Shown here: positions 1 to 15,300 of the stretch, in pieces
Position numbering within the stretch: the first letter of the stretch is position 1
How the letters are laid out: every line of letters starts with the position of its first letter
From: Catajapyx aquilonaris
Lineage: Eukaryota
Assembly: GCA_000934665.2 (NCBI GenBank)
Contig: JYFJ02000606.1
Coordinates: forward strand, 62,001-119,763
Length of the DNA stretch: 57,763 nt
Reading direction: 5' to 3'
Translations under genes and position numbers: made by a program
The notes under the pieces: generated by a model
Databases searched by the model: none
What the model was told of the DNA's origin: nothing
What the model saw: the letters and a program-made list of their open reading frames with translations, nothing else

Positions 1-3000
1 TAAAATTGGCAAACATTCTGTGATTTTACACAGTAGAGCCTATAGCAGCACATCCATCCATAGGGATTTAAAATATTCTACTAGTTATCTTATGTCATTA
101 ACATTAAATGACTCTAATGCCATGAGTATAATAGCGTGGTTGGAATCATTAAATTCGTCCTTTCCCCGTGAAGCTCTCATTAAATACTGATTACCCACAT
201 GCAACACTCTTCTTGTGTAAAACTATTAATATGCAAATGAAGCATGCAATTTAATTGTGGGTACGGAGCTGTTGTGGTTTGGAGTGGTATTGTTATCCGG
301 TATTTTAATTAATTTTAATGCTTACCCACTCTGTGGTCGCGTACTGTACCTGATATCATAAATATTCCGAGGTCCGCAAGTAAACACACTGCGCTGCGAA
401 TAGTTGATATTTTGTTAAAATTAGTAGCCAGTCAGCCGATTTTACATGCTCGTAAGGCACAGTGTGCAGTAATGGCGAATCATAAAGGCGGAAAAAGAGC
501 TGACGGTACATCATTAGCATACGGTCTAGATCACCCACTCTGTTTGATCTTCCCATTATTTCAGCTCTTTTAAAAATACTGGACCAAATATCGGAATCTG
601 CAGGTAATTCCAGGTGAGTTTACAGCGTAATGTTACCTTCTTTCAGTGAATCATGTGGGTAATGTCCGCACTAAATTTTTACTTATAACAACTTCCCCTT
701 CTGAAGAAATATTACCACGCCGTACACAACATTTTTGGTTATTTATCATTTTATTGAAAAATAGCCTCCAAGAAATTTCACTGCCCCAAAATTTACAGTA
801 CATTCCAGCTAATTACCACCCCGTCCTTCCATGATCAGAAAAATTTACTGCAATTTTCCAGCTACATATCTGCTGCAAATGACTTATTCTGTCGTATTTT
901 TCAAACGTATTACAAGCGTATATTTCTCTGAAAATCCTGATTCGAAAAAATCCACCGTAGTATATGCAACGTAGTATTGCAAGTATGTAGCTTGCGGTTC
1001 TTCTCATGACAGTGTTAGAGTCGGTATTAAATACTACAGCCTCATAGATACGGCAATGAATTCTGGTCGTTGCCTGCTGCTATCTTCGGTTATGATTGGG
1101 GACCTTTATCTTTTGCTTAGTACGCAATGTAAGAACAATTTAAACTTACGTGCTATTGGTCCACCGGGAGCAGCCGGCATTACCCTTTTGATTCGACTAG
1201 AAGGAGAGTTAATGGAACAGATTACCTCCTTACCAGAGTTACAGCGCTCAAGTTTGGAACCGGGTGTTGCCTTTTACGGCCGTGACTTTGCCTTTTCAAG
1301 CCCCAAGATTGGAGAGAATGTTAACCCTCTCTCTTAAATTTCCCTTGGCGTGCAAGTTCTGTCGAGCGGTTTACCCAAATGAGACAGTAACGTGGCCACA
1401 AAAACCTCCAGTTGTGATATCCCCCATCTTCAAACCATCCACTGGATCAGTAACCATAAATAATATTTTTTGTCAAAAATTTCATACGATATTTTGTGAA
1501 ATATTCCGTAATCAGTGGCCCAACCCCACCATTAATAACGATGATTTGAAGACGCATTATGGTTTCTGATCGCGTTTTCTTTGCAGCCCCTGTTAGATTA
1601 CTTTTGATCGCTGTCAAACTGCATGAAGGAGGTTCCTTATTTGAATATCAATAGTCAGAGGGAACCGTGACCAGAAATATTCCTCCCCGAAATGAGACCA
1701 ATTACTAGGAGTTTAAGAGTCTAAAGTTAAGAGAAGGATCTACTAGGGGAGGGAGGGCAATGGAGAGAGAATCTTTCAGGGCATGTGAACTGCGTTGCAC
1801 GTTTGCTTTGTCTCCGTTAATTTGTAGGCTGGAAAAGTCTCGCGTTTCTTGCCCGGCTTGTTTTCTGAGCGTAACTTGTGCGGACCGCAACGGATGGAAA
1901 AACGACTCCCGAATACGTAACGAGCAAGATAAAACTTTTGCTTGATGAAGGTGCATGTGTCACTTTTGGGTTGGAGGACAAAATGGGTGTCATCCCAGGA
2001 AACAGCTGACCTTCCATGGCTTGTTGGAACATAAACCCCCCTGCCGATGTTAATCTGGAGACGTAAAGCTCGTGAAATTGATTTTACAAGATTGTCTCTA
2101 CATGTTGCTATAATGTAAACATGTCAAAAATCGAAATGCGCGTCATATTTTTATTCTGCCAGGGACTGGACGTATCTGAAATGTCATCCGAACGAGATAA
2201 ACACAAAGAATTGGAAGATGAAATCCGTATCCGGATACTCTTTTTTTTAAAATCCGGAAATGAAAAACTTCCCGATTACTACATGTTGACTCCGACTACG
2301 TTCTTGATATAATCAGGACTTCAAAAAAGTTGCTCCAACAATATTTTGGGGAGGCTTATTGTTCAGCTAGACTTGATTACTACAGTTTCGACGTGCTCAC
2401 TTTTTTTTTCTTCTTTCTGTCTAAATCCGCTTGCTGCATTCCGAAGGGACATGGGCTGAGCCTTGAGGTCCTGCAGAAAAGAACGGGGAAAAAAAAGTAC
2501 TAAAAGATTTCCTACCTTGCCCACTGGACCCAACACGAGAGAAGCGATCTTGGGAATTTTGAAGAGAGCAAAGGAAAGCGTTGAAGTAAATTCTGTCTTC
2601 ACTGGAAGTGGTGGGAAAAATACAGGACGAAATTATTTCCCAGCATTTTCACATCCAGCTTCTTGTTGATTTCATCACCCGAATTTATGGCTAACTGAAA
2701 ATTCAATTTTCATTTGATCCTGAACCATGGCTTGTCAGGATATTCCCTCCTTTTGCTTGGCAGTGCATCAGATTCAACCACCTCTGGCCCCCCACCAACT
2801 GTAATTCACTGTTTGAAATGGTCGCCCTGGCCATTTGAAAGCCTCTGCCTCCTTTCCCATTCAAAGTAGCCTCCGGGGAGTATGTGACAAGCATACTCGA
2901 TGCAAGATGGCTGCAGGAGTGGGTCAGGAGCACCGGAGAAAAGGAAGAGGAAAAAGGAGATTTTCATATCTATTGCGGAGCACAGCTCCCTCTCTCTATT

Positions 3001-6000
3001 TCGTGTTCCAAAAGCCCTATATACTCCCGGACGTCCACAGAAGACAAAACAGTGGGTGGTACAGGAGAGGGAATGGAGCCGGTGTACAAATTGGGAATTG
3101 ATCAGCGATTCCAGCTAATGCCTACCGAAAAGAATCGGCAGAGTAGAAAATTGCATTTGATTGTTGATGCGTTTCGATAGGATCTATAGGGATTCGATCA
3201 GCCAACGGTGCATTTTTTCGCAAATTCAACGCTCAGGATGGATGGGGAGGAGGGGTGGGAGGGAACGGAGGTAATGATAATATTAACTATTGCAGAAAAT
3301 CGCATTATCCGCAGGGGATCAGTCGCAAAGTGTACCGAGAACTGGGAAAAAAATACCTGGATTTTTTTCTTCAAAACTCTGCGATTCTATTTCATGTTTT
3401 TTTCCGAATTCCAGATGGAGTGAAACGGGATTTTTCAGTCTGACAGTCGGGTTGTTTCCAAGCCGAATTGGCTAGTGAAGCTTCCTTATCGCGTTCTCGC
3501 CAATCAGCGAGAAAGGATTTGGTCGGGAACGTGTCCTGACGCAACGATATACGAAACATGGTCAAGAAATAGCCTGATGAAAAAAGGAAGAAAAGAAATG
3601 CGAGGGTTTTTCGTTGAAACCGAAAAAAAAAGTTTATCCACAAAAGAGCGGAAAAAATTGCGAAATCAGGGTTTGTCTCAAACTACTCGCAGAATATTTG
3701 ATTGGAACATTATCATCGCTTTTTGCTAATGTAATGAGTCATCAACAAACGTACACTTATGTTTTTATCATTTACGAGTCAACTGATAGATATTTCACTC
3801 AACAGCATTACTGGTAAGGTGATATTTCAAGATAGAATTACGTAAAAAAATCAAAGCAATTTTAAATGTGCATACACGACGCGTAATGTAATCAACGGTG
3901 CAATTACCTAATCAACATTAGCAGGTCAGTCATGTCGTAAAACCCACACTTTATATACCCTGCGCAACACGTGAAAATACGCCATCCCTCACCGCAATTC
4001 CAGTTTGAGTTAATTTAAAAAGGCAGTAAATGAAAGCTGCGGCCAGTTCTGCAAGATTAGTTCCGAAGCTATAAAAAAAATTATTTTGCGGCATCGCAAT
4101 TGGTTCACTTTTTTGCTGATAGCCAGACACTTTTCAGAGCGATGTTGATAGCCGACCGGGCAGTAATTAACCTCAGCGCATGTTTTATATTGAAAAACAC
4201 AATGGGAACCAGATTAGTTAACGCCCGGCTCCAACCACTCATCGCTAATATTGCGAACCTCTGTTTTTATTGTTTCGTCGATAATAGCTGAACAGTAGTG
4301 AAGTGCTGCTGTTATAAAATTATGGTAATCGTTTTCCCTCCCTTTTTTTTGCTGTACCGAGCAGTGATAGGATAAAAAGGGGTCCTTACTATCCTAAATC
4401 TTTGCCTGTCTTCATACCCTACTAAATCCTATTTTTGCCCCTGTCTGTACGGGGCCTTGTAAGTTTTTGGTGGGAGACAAACTGCTGCACTCTACCGGAT
4501 AGGTTTGGAAGAGACGAGAGCCGGGAACAAATAGGTTAATTTTTCACCAAGTGTCCCAAGGCATCTAGGCAGTTGCCTAATCAAGTTGCAAGGGACTGTC
4601 GCAATATACCTTTTGCTGTACATTGCAAACAAAAGGATCCAGCAGGAGCGTCTCCTTTCCCAAAACGGATGGAGGAAACTTAGCGAAATTCAATTATTTT
4701 GCCCTATTGATTCGTCCAAATCCGTCCCGAGTCCGGGGGAATCCGACGCGTTTTCTCGTGTCGTCACTAGTTGCGAATGACGTGGAATAATCAAGCTCGT
4801 TAGACGCGCGATTCAACCTGCTGCTCTACATTTTAACCCAGGGGTGTCGTGTTTCGGATTTTATGCTTGTCGCCGAGCTCAGGAATCCAGCGGGCACCAG
4901 TGGGGCCTGAAATGAGTCAAGGCCGGGTGTTTGGGACTCTGCAAAACAGAAAATTGCAATGCTTTTGCTTTTTTGAAATGGTGTGCACTACCGGCTGTAA
5001 ATAAATGCAAATTGAGAGTATATTAATAACAAACTATCCAATAGGAGCTTCATCTTTTCCGATTCGTCAAAATTCCGACTTTTCAACCAAGAATTCAACA
5101 TTCGAAGTAGTAAAAGCGAGGGATGCAATTCGGACCGACTTTTATATCCAACCTTTTTCCGCCCCTTCAATTCCTCCGGTTGCCGAAATGCCGAGGACAT
5201 TTTGCAGGTCATATTTCAGGCAAGGCGACCAATAACTATTGCAAACCTCATGCATACAAATGATCAGCTGGGGTATCGACGCACAATACTCGACTGATTT
5301 ATCCTCTTTTCATAGCGCATCCCCCGGAACCACACCAAGCTTCCAGCAGCACCAGATTACCACGACTTTGTGGGTGTGTGTGTCTGTGTGTCCGAACCTT
5401 TTATATCCAATTTCATGGGATCGTTTCTGAAGCGCGACAAAATTGCTTTGTTTCATCTGCGGGGCTATGAAAATCAATTTTGTGCCGCTGTGTGTTTACA
5501 GGTGAATATTATTTTGAGTCCATTACAGTCGAGAATTCAGCGTTTTAGTGGTGGGCCCAAATGGTTCATCCTCTGGTCCGCAAGGAGTTAAACATGCGAG
5601 TGTGTGCCGCTTTGTTGGCCGCAACTGACCCGAACTGTCCCACTCGAAAATCAGAGGAAATCAACCAACACGTGTGTGTACACCGGATGATTCAACAACA
5701 AACATACAAAAATTATGATCATTTTCAGCATGCAGAAAATTAATATTACCGCTATTAGTTCAAAGAAATGCTACTGTACACCGCATAGTCATGAAATAAT
5801 TGGTCGTATAATTTTTCGAGACATGCATATCTGTAAATTTTTCGTAGTGTTTGTAGTGTCTTGGCAAAGATGCTCTTTGCTGTTACTTATCTATAGACCT
5901 AATTCCCTTATTCTGTCTGCCAGCTTCTTTGTGTTTACTCATCGCCTAGCTGTAGTAGTTACCGGTAGTTTTAACTTTCGCAGTTCAACAATGAAAGGAC

Positions 6001-6625
6001 ATGGAGAGGTCAGACAGGGTGGGACCCACTTCAATGGAGGCGAGACACGTGCTTAGCACCCTGGTGGGCTTTGTCCGCTGGGTGACTCATCACCAACGTG
6101 TATGTGGTACTACTTTCCCCCCGCCATGGAAGTGTTGATTACATGAGTCTCTCCCATCAGAACTGACTCCATGTCAACAGAATCCTCTGGACCTAACCTG
6201 AGCCCCGTTCCCCTTTCGCTGCTTCTTTTTCACATTCACAAACCTTTTCTGGTGCTTCGTGTCACCAGACCATTTCTCTTTCACCAGGAAATCTGTTTTC
6301 AGGAAACCGGGCTGGCTTTCTGCCTCTACACTAGCAAATTAAGAACAGCACTCAGGTGCTTAGATATTGCACTTGCACCACTTTGAGACAACGTCAACGT
6401 GGGAATATTTTCCATTTTTGCGGTAACTTTTTTGCATCTTCTCAAACAAAATTCGTTTATCTGCTACATCAACATCAGTATCCTTGCTAATTAATGCCTA
6501 AGCATGAATGGACATTTCTTCCTCAATTGCATGGACATCTACTGGTACTGTCATTTCCACCTCTTTTGCTTCCTGTCCTTTTACAAGCATAACTGCATTT
6601 TCCCAAGGGGTTCATCATACTGGAC

Positions 6626-6942
6626 CAAAGTAGCCCCACCCCATGGTGCTTCTTGAGTCCAACTTTGCCATTTTCTGTACAGTGTTATATAAACTACACC
6701 GAGGGGTTACTCACTCGACTGTAAAGTGTACACCGGAGTACCAAATTCAAGGAGTACCACTGCAGGTGTACACCGGAGTACCGAAGTGAGTACCCCCTTG
6801 AGCTATACCGCACGAACAATAGTGCAAAAGTGATGCTAAGGTGTTCAAGTGGTGCATAATTTTTTAAAGTTCGAAACTGCAATAGTAAGGGAGATATTAA
6901 CAAAAATAACCAGAAATTGGTACAAAGTAGCCCCACTTTACG
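6626..6942 (-). mobile_element. Probable single end of a non-autonomous DNA transposon (TIR-like end with subterminal repeats)
   Basis: Exact 14-bp direct repeat CAAAGTAGCCCCAC at 6626-6639 and 6923-6936. The right copy reads CGTAAAGTGGGGCTACTTTG on the minus strand, resembling pogo/Tc1-type termini (from recall). An exact 17-bp duplication GTGTACACCGGAGTACC lies inside (6726-6742, 6766-6782). No opposite TIR was found. Confidence 0.4.
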
Positions 6943-9101
6943 CCATGTATATATTTATCTAAATCAAGACACCTTGGTTACGTCCCTGTAACATGCGGTT
7001 TTCCCCGCTTCTGGTTGCCACAGATTCGATGTCTTTTGTGTTGACACGGCAAACGCGGCGTGTATAATTATCTCATTAAGCAGCTCCGCAATGGATAAAA
7101 GGACTTTGTGAAAGGTGGCATTCAAACAATCAAGTCGCGAGAAACTTTAACTGTGAGAGTGAGACAGAGAGAGCATACGTCAAAATTAACAAAAGGGACG
7201 CTTCCAAAACTTATTTGACCCCGTTTTCTCATTGCTTTTGCAGAAAGTGACAAAAAGGTTGGCCCGATACAGAAAACGTTGCAGCGAACGGCCCGAATTG
7301 TCGCATTGCAGTTTTGGACTTGTATTGTAGATACAGGGAGTAGTAAATATTGGGATCCGGTCGGTACAGGGTGGCAAACTACTCGAGATTATTCCAGCAG
7401 CATTTTCCTACATATATAGGTAGTAGTCAATATAGGAAACATGTGTCCATTAATACGTGTCTGAAATTTGTTTGTACTAAGCTGCGAATTTTGGCTTCAT
7501 ACTATTAGCTTTTAATATTAGTTTTCTGGCAACTTGTATCTCTCTACTTGAAATGAAGTCTTGAGCAGTGCACCATCCTGTACAAGATGAATCCGAGTGT
7601 AGCCCGGTTTGAAGAGGCAAGACCTGTCCCCTTCCATGGCCAAATGCATTAGTTTCAGCGGGAAGGAAAGAGGGATGAGTCCAGCATTCTAATGAATTTT
7701 CCTGCCGGAGGGAAAATCCGGGGGACTCAAAACTCTCCCGGAATTTTCCTGGAGAGGGCGGGAGGAGGGGGTCCCCAATCCCAACCACATAAATTGGGAA
7801 GCCAGGAGATGTGAGAAGGGACAAATTTTCCCTCCTTCTCCATCCTCTCTTTTTTTTGGAAAATCACAGAACTGATTGACTGCAGCCCATTCTCTGCAGG
7901 AGATTGCCTCTGTCCCACTTGTCACTTGTTGGACAGCTGACCCTTGCGCGATTCAGAAACCCTGGGACGTATTATTACATTCAAGTTGGCACCTGGCACG
8001 GGTGGGCCTTCCTCCTCGCTGATTATGATGATCGGACTTGATCGACGGGGAACTCTGTTTTCTAATCTGGCCCATTTGAATAGGTGCCCTCAATTCCCCT
8101 CCGGAGTGGATGGAAAAAGAGGGGGTTTTTGGAAGAGAGAATGAGCCAGTCAAGAGCCCTTCACTTTTGCGTTTAACCAGCAGCAGACCCAGGCCCCTAC
8201 TGATTGCTGCTCGCCGATCCGTACTTTATAATGCGCCTGGTTTAAAAAAGGAAAAAAAAAGTCGGAGGTTCTATCTTTTTCCTGTAATTATCTCGGGGCC
8301 GGAACCTTGTCCTGGGCCGACCAGGAATGATGCATGGTTATAGTTCTTGCTGCAGGCGTGCCAAAAGGCCTGCTGAATATATCGGTGCTGGTGGACAAAG
8401 AGACGTCAATGTGCTTTATTCTTGGGACCAGCTTCACCCCTCTGGAGGAATGGTGTATGAGAGGAGAGCACGAAATTAGACATGTGGTACGGAGCAGCCA
8501 TGAAGATGTGAACTGCTGCTTATTGAGAATGGTCGTGTCAAGTTCTACTTACATAATAATGCAGGAAAGAGGAGAATATGCTTATGAACGTGCTTGTGCT
8601 ATAACTACACATTAATTACTGAAGGCGTTGAGATAAAAATGCTACATAAATATTTAACAGTCCAGTCTTCTTTAGAATTTTTTTTCAAGCTTGCATATAA
8701 GCGTTTCGCATGCGCACTATTTATGTTAATTACACGCTCAAAGAAGAGTGTGCATTACGTGACTTCTAGCCATAAATTTATTACAATTAAAATGGTTTAT
8801 TATTAAATTCAATTATTAAATAATTCACTAGCGCATATGTGGCAATAATAATTATTTTTTCCAGTGGTTCCCTCCATTCCCGACGTTTGTAATAATTCTT
8901 TCACGCCCGCAATGGATGTACATTATCCCATACAAATCGGTGTCCGAGCAATACCATTCATTACAAGCCTATACGCACAATCTATTAGGCCCACTTGGCA
9001 CGAAATATGCTGAAGATCGTTCCGACTTTTGTATCGTAGCCATTACCTGCCTCCCACTCTCTATGTGTTCATTGTGTGTTTCCCCACAGCCAGTGTTGGC
9101 T

Positions 9102-9118
9102 GAGAGAGAGAGAGAGAG
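9102..9118. repeat. (GA)n microsatellite, about 8 units
   Basis: Read directly: gagagagagagagagag. Confidence 0.9.
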
Positions 9119-12100
9119 TTCCCCTTTTTGGCTGGCATTATACACTGTGACAGAGGTCATCCGGCTCCGGGTGTAATATATCGGGACAAGCCAGGCCCAC
9201 TAAAACCGGTCCCCCCACTGAAACTGCTCCCCGGAGGAAGGACTAGTTATGGGAATATCGCCAGGAAGCTTTGTTCGGGAAACTACAGTACTTTGAAAGC
9301 GCCAAACTTATTACCTCGAAAATTAGAAACCATTTCCCCCGTAATTCTACTCCTAATCGGGATAGTTACTGCGTGACATTTTAAATGGTTGCGGGGGGGC
9401 TACGGTGTGTTGCGAATTTTAACCCTCCCACCCCCACCCTCTCCCCTAAAAACCCTTCGACCTCTTTTTATCCAACCCAACCCAACAGACTCGTGGTTTC
9501 AGAAACATTGTTTCGGGTGCTGGTCGTGTGTTTATTTCACAGCCTTGTTTATCCGAATTAGCTGGCGCAAATTGTATTAAGGGGGGTTCGTGCAAGTAGA
9601 TAAAAGAGCGGTATTAAAAGCGGAGGTACACGAACAATACTGCGGGGGTTGGCCGTGCCAATAAAATTAGGCCTTGTTTTTTGGCCACTCTAATATTGCA
9701 GTCGCATGACAATGCTTGCGTGGTGTACGCGGATCAAAAGGAAACAATGGGGGATCACTGCGGGAATGCGCCTGGTAGTATTGGCAATTGCGACTTGACG
9801 TACAGCTCAGAAGGGTATAGACTATGTCATAATACCCTCCAGTGTGTGTCTAAACAGACGGAAAAAGTTTAGGGCATGGTCGATTTTGTCGTACAAATTC
9901 GCACACATATTTGACCATATATGTAGTTAAATTCCGGATCACCCTGTGTCGATATGTAGGGCAGTATATATACCTTTGAAATTCACATGTCCAGATGGCC
10001 TGGTTGTTTTTCGTTTTGTAAGCTGCTCGATGCACGTGAAGCGTAACGGATTGTCAGACCCTTGCAATATTGTACATTATAAGGCTACAGCTCTGGTCAC
10101 TTTTTGCCCTTTTGGCCTACTGAAAAATCAATGGGGGCAATAAGTCCGTATCCGCATCCTCTCTCGCTCCAGGTGAAAGTGACAGCCAGAATCTCCCGGA
10201 GGAAAATGAATGGCAAGTTTATCGATCACTCCAAAATACCCGTCTACAATTCGGTAGATAAGGAGCTTCCGTAATTATGAAAAAGAGAACAGGTGAACCG
10301 TAGCGGATTGTACGAACTTCCGAGAAAAAAAACAGGTGAAAATAAAAATAAACTTGGTTTTAGAGAAAAAAAATATGTTAGTGAGAGCATCCTATCTGGC
10401 ACCAAAATCCTGGGGTTGTCCTCGGGGACTCGGCTGGAACCGGGTTCGGAGAAAATGGGAAAAGACTGTGGTTGTAGTCCCTGCGGTTTATCTGCAACCG
10501 GGATGAATTATTCGAGCAATCTCCGGGCGTAATCCTCGCAGGCTGTGCTGTGATGGATTAACCCTCAGGCGATCCGGTGCAACGATCAATAAGACAGCTA
10601 GCTTTGAATTTGTTTCCAGTCCGTGTCAGTCAACATTGAAAGACAGGCAGGTGTCTACAGGGTGGTGCACTGCCCAAGCAGTCTTATCATTATCCTGATG
10701 GACACTGTGGGCTCTGTAAAATCACAGAATGGCTGCTCCTGAGGCATTTTCCAATCGGAATTGATCACACTGTGAATAGCATTGGATTAAATATCTGAAA
10801 CTGGGTATAGCTGCATAGTAGAAACTGGCAACGTTTTGCGTTGCATGCGATGAATATTCGAGGGGCTGATGAGGCCTGGAGGAAGTTTGCACATTAGCTG
10901 AACATTAAAATGGCGACGGGAAAATGTTGGCTTTTTGTTGGGTGTCCTGCCAGCTCGAAAGAGGAGAGCAATTAGGGGGTGGGTGCAGCACTCCACCACA
11001 CACCTCTCCTGCATGTATTCAGTTATTAATTATTGTAACTGTCGGTCACGTACTCGAAGGGGGGGGGGGACAGTGTCGCAGCAAAAGGTGACAGTTTGCT
11101 CACTTTGAAAAGGGCGGGTCGTTAATTTAGTCCGATTCTGGCTGCGAGAGGTAGGTTAATTTTATTGGGGCAACATTTTCTTTCGCCAAAAATGGTACGT
11201 GGCTAGTTTATTCAAACTATTATAATTGATTGGCATAATACAATTAGAACCAAAAGCATGTAGAGAAAAAATAACATATGCGTCAAAAACATAAACTTCG
11301 TGGCAGGATTTTTCATAATTTTTTCGCTATATCGGTATAGTAAACCTAATGGGAATATTTTCAACAGAAAACATAGGAACAGGAAGTGTTTAGTAATAAA
11401 TGTGGTGTGTCGTGGACCAAAATAACCTATTTATTTCTCGCATGTTGCTGCAAAATTCTATCAAAAGGGTTGCGTTATTAAATTTGGGGGGGGTCTCGGC
11501 TACCACAGCGGGCTGTTTATATTGTTAAATTCGGGCAGAAAATTATTACCTTTACCGATCGAGCATTCTTGCAATTTTCCCCAAGCTGGCGTAGCATGTT
11601 CGAAATAATCCGAAATTACTAGCCCCAAGTCCCTTCAGTCGATATGTATTATTACCGAGCAAGTCAGGGGGGCAGATGGATTTTCCTCTGGAGGAACGCG
11701 GTCAGATGATTTCAATAATAAATCGGATGAAGCTGCAATAATCAGGAATCATCGCGTCATGTCGAATAATTACAGCGAAAGTGAATCAATAAGCAGTGTA
11801 AACCGCATAAAGCGCGGTAGTGGTTTTATCTCTGTTATTACATAATATGCGGTGGCTGGTTTTGATCCCCTGATTTGCGCTTCGCTTTGATGTACTCTTT
11901 TTTTTGCGAAAAAAAGAGAGCCTTGCTTTTTGGCGGTAAAACCTGTGCGAGAAAATGTCTATTTTTTACGCCACAACTGAGGTGGCACACGCTTATTGGG
12001 TTGTTGGAGTAGAAACTATCGTATAACCTTTTTTTTTTGAACCTCCAGTAAAGTCTGCATGGTCCTGTTGTTATTAACCCGATACAGCCTTTTCCAAGGC

Positions 12101-12320
12101 TAGCTGTACAGCAACAACAGCAACAAAAAAATATAAGCGGGGAAAGTTTGGGCTTTGGGCCAATGAGCACTGTATAGTCGCAGTGGCGATGCATCATTTT
12201 GCGGAAAACGTGTTTTCTACCGAATGCCAAATAAGGTGATGCATCTTGATCAGAATTAGTTTTCGGGGAGCAGCCTCTCGTTAGCGAGATGCATGGATCT
12301 CCACCAAAACCATCTTTTGA

Positions 12321-12345
<25 letters not shown>
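12321..12345. repeat. (AG)12 microsatellite
   Basis: Read directly as an uninterrupted AG run. Confidence 0.95.
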
Positions 12346-12351
<6 letters not shown>

Positions 12352-15300
12352 TCCTTCGGAAATTGGCAGAAAAATTTATGCTCCGTGCCCAAATGCAGAT
12401 TGATTTTTCAGTCCGGATTTTTCAGTTTTCAGTGTGTGAATCTGGTTACTTTTGACTAATGTAGCACAGTACTGTAGATGATGGTTGGACTTACGATTAG
12501 TTTGTAAATGTGTCAAAATGTCTCGCTGCAGCTGCAGAATATTTTGAAATTTTGAAGAACATCTACTCTGTTTATATGCTATTGCTGTCAGTAACTGCTA
12601 CAGTTCATGTGAAATAGCTGTTATTATATTACTACAGCTAGAGTATTACCAAGTAGGCTACATCAGTTGCAAAATATTTTTTACACGTCATTAAAAAAAA
12701 ATCTTAAGAGTTGAGTGAGTGGATCGGGCAGTTACTTTTGACTGATGTTGTACGTGTAGAGATGGTGGTGATGGTGGTGGGGAGGCATGATGATTAGTAT
12801 GTAAATCCGGGGAGAGGTTTAATGGAACAAACTCCTCTCCGACAGATGAGAAAGGAATCTGTCTCCAGGCGCGACTTGGCCGGAACATTTCTTGCATGCA
12901 AATTACGAGCACCAGATCCAGGTGATATAAGCCCGCACTTACAGGGTGCGCCATCCATCCGTCTTTGCTAAGCACCTCAATATTTAATCAGAGCTGAAGT
13001 ACTGCGATTAAACGCGGCCGAAACGCGACTCCAGCTCAGGTTGTGAGAGATAATGGCGTAACTAACAGCTGTTTTAGTTATCTGACACCTTAACTCAACT
13101 TAAAATGTGGCAACGTCGCCGAATCGAGAGATAGCTGTTATATTCGACCCGTAACTAGTTGTTGCCATTGTAACAGCTTTAAATAACTGCTGTTGAAACC
13201 TGACTGAACGTTTAATTTCAGTCCCATATATCTTGGCAGGAGATGCTGAGAAGGTGGTAATAAGTCTAGGAGACAAACCGGTTTCTGCTACTGTAGCCTA
13301 AGGCTATCGATCCCTAGCCTGTTTGAATGAATAGGAAAGATGAACCTGAGTGCAGCTAGGGAAAAGAGGCATTAGGAAAGAAAGGTGTCTGATTGGTGGC
13401 AGCCGAGGAATGAAGATGGGGAGAGGAAGAGGGAGGAAGAAGACGCCTTCCTCGGGTACAATTGAAAGAGCTTCGCCCAGATGTTGGAGGATAATAAAAC
13501 GAGTTTCCATGCTAGGTGCTCACTCGGAATGCTGAGCACAACGGTGCGATTTAGATTTTGGTGCAGCGGCAGCAGCATCGAGGAGAAGAGCAGAGAGAAA
13601 AAAAAGTCTAAACTGCGTCAGGTTACTCCACTGCAGCGAATTACTCCCCAACAGCAACTACTGCCTGATAGGTAATTTGATATCGATGAATTCGGCGGAA
13701 CTGAATTCGGCCAACGAGTTGCTCTCTTTAGATGATTATCTTTGGTCCAAAATTTGGCGGACTGAGCTAACGTCGTTTGATGATGTCACCTCTACACTAC
13801 ATTTACCCAGGGCTTTGGAAAGAAAAGGCCGGGTCGAATAAGTTCCATCTTGAGGTGGAAACTTTTGGTAAAATTGATTTTGAAAAGCGACGCCAGAAGG
13901 TTCCCCCGGCTGGGGAAGATAATGGAAGCCTCAACTTTCGTCATCCGCCTTTTGTGGAGCTCATGTATTCTACTATCTTCCGACCGAGCCAGAGACGCAG
14001 ACATAAGTGTATGGAAGCTGCTATACAGGTTGAGCCAACAAGAAAGGAACTCTGGCTCAAATTGAGCTTCTTACCTGTAATTAATATTACCTCAGATGAC
14101 TGCACCAGTTCTAATACAAGCAGTTAAATAATCAGAAATTATGTGAATGATTATTTAGGACAACCCTGTACTCTCCTGGTAGGGTGTCTGCTGAGAGGCT
14201 TTCGTTTAATATTGCCATAAAACCCACTCTAGAACTTATTATTCGGCACCGTTTAGTTTGAATCATGAGAGACGGTTGGGGGAAAAAGCTGGAGAGGAAG
14301 AAGAAAAAAAAAGAGGTTGGCATTTTCTGTCCTTATCGGTTGGAGGACCGCGAACAACTTTATTGAGATGTCTTTGGGACTGCGTGAATGCATTGTAAAA
14401 CCTTGGGAGGACTTTTCGATTTCCTCGGATGGTTATGGCTGCCTTTAATAGGCTGTCTGAAAGTGTCATAAAAGGCGGGGGCTACGCAAATGAGTCGGCA
14501 TATACTGCGACACTCGATTTATGGAGGGAAAAAGAAGCTGGAGGGGAGAAAAAAAGACGCGCGTTTTTCTCCGAAAGATTGAAAAATATTTTTTGGGAGA
14601 GATCCAGCAGAATATTGAATACGTTAATTAACTTGATGCGTGAATGACGTATCTTTTTATCAGGAGCGTAATTATACGTTCCAGTTGTTTATGGGCAGTC
14701 AATATGGCGTCAATTACGGGAATTAAAGTGACAGTAACAACTACTATTACTGATAGGTCTGTGTTGATGCAACCCTATTAATGGGTCATGCAGTTTTCTG
14801 TTAAATAAATAAGCGGGTGTTTATCTGTCATCACTAATATACAGATTTGTATTAGTTATGTGACGTAGATTATTATCACACACTGCGTTGTGTTCGGAAG
14901 GAAAATAATACGGTGTGTTGCTTAAAATAACAAGGGCTTTAGGCGCAAGTAGAATCAATCCCATTCTGTGTATTTAGACAGAGCCTGCTTTGAATATGGA
15001 ATCAATTTGTGTTGATGTTTGTCCGCGCTCTTTCGGCGATTTTGTAAGTTGAGAAAATAAAGGCAGAGTTTGTGTTAGACTAACGTTTCGTAACCAAATT
15101 ATAAAATTGGATGAATTTGTACGCGGTATTATGAGCAAGTCATACAGTTCTGGAACTGTTTGAGTTTTACACATTATCGAATATGTAGCTTCCAGGCTCT
15201 CTCCTGCGATATATTTGCCTGAAACTACTGCTCTGTTAAGTCACAGTTTTCAATTCATAATTATGTGTTCAGTACGAACTGTACGATAAAGTTGGTTGCA

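Noticed and set aside
6175..6602. Mostly open minus-strand frame next to the TIR-like end
   Set aside because: It has three stops in about 140 codons and no recognisable motif, so it is not distinguishable from chance.
6726..6794. CRISPR-like repeat-spacer pattern
   Set aside because: There are only two 17-bp copies, the spacer contains part of the repeat, no cas genes are present and the context is eukaryotic.
11838..12392. 184-aa minus-strand ORF, the longest in the track
   Set aside because: It runs through the (AG)n microsatellite and homopolymers (LSLSLSLS, CCCCC) and shows no domain or splice support.
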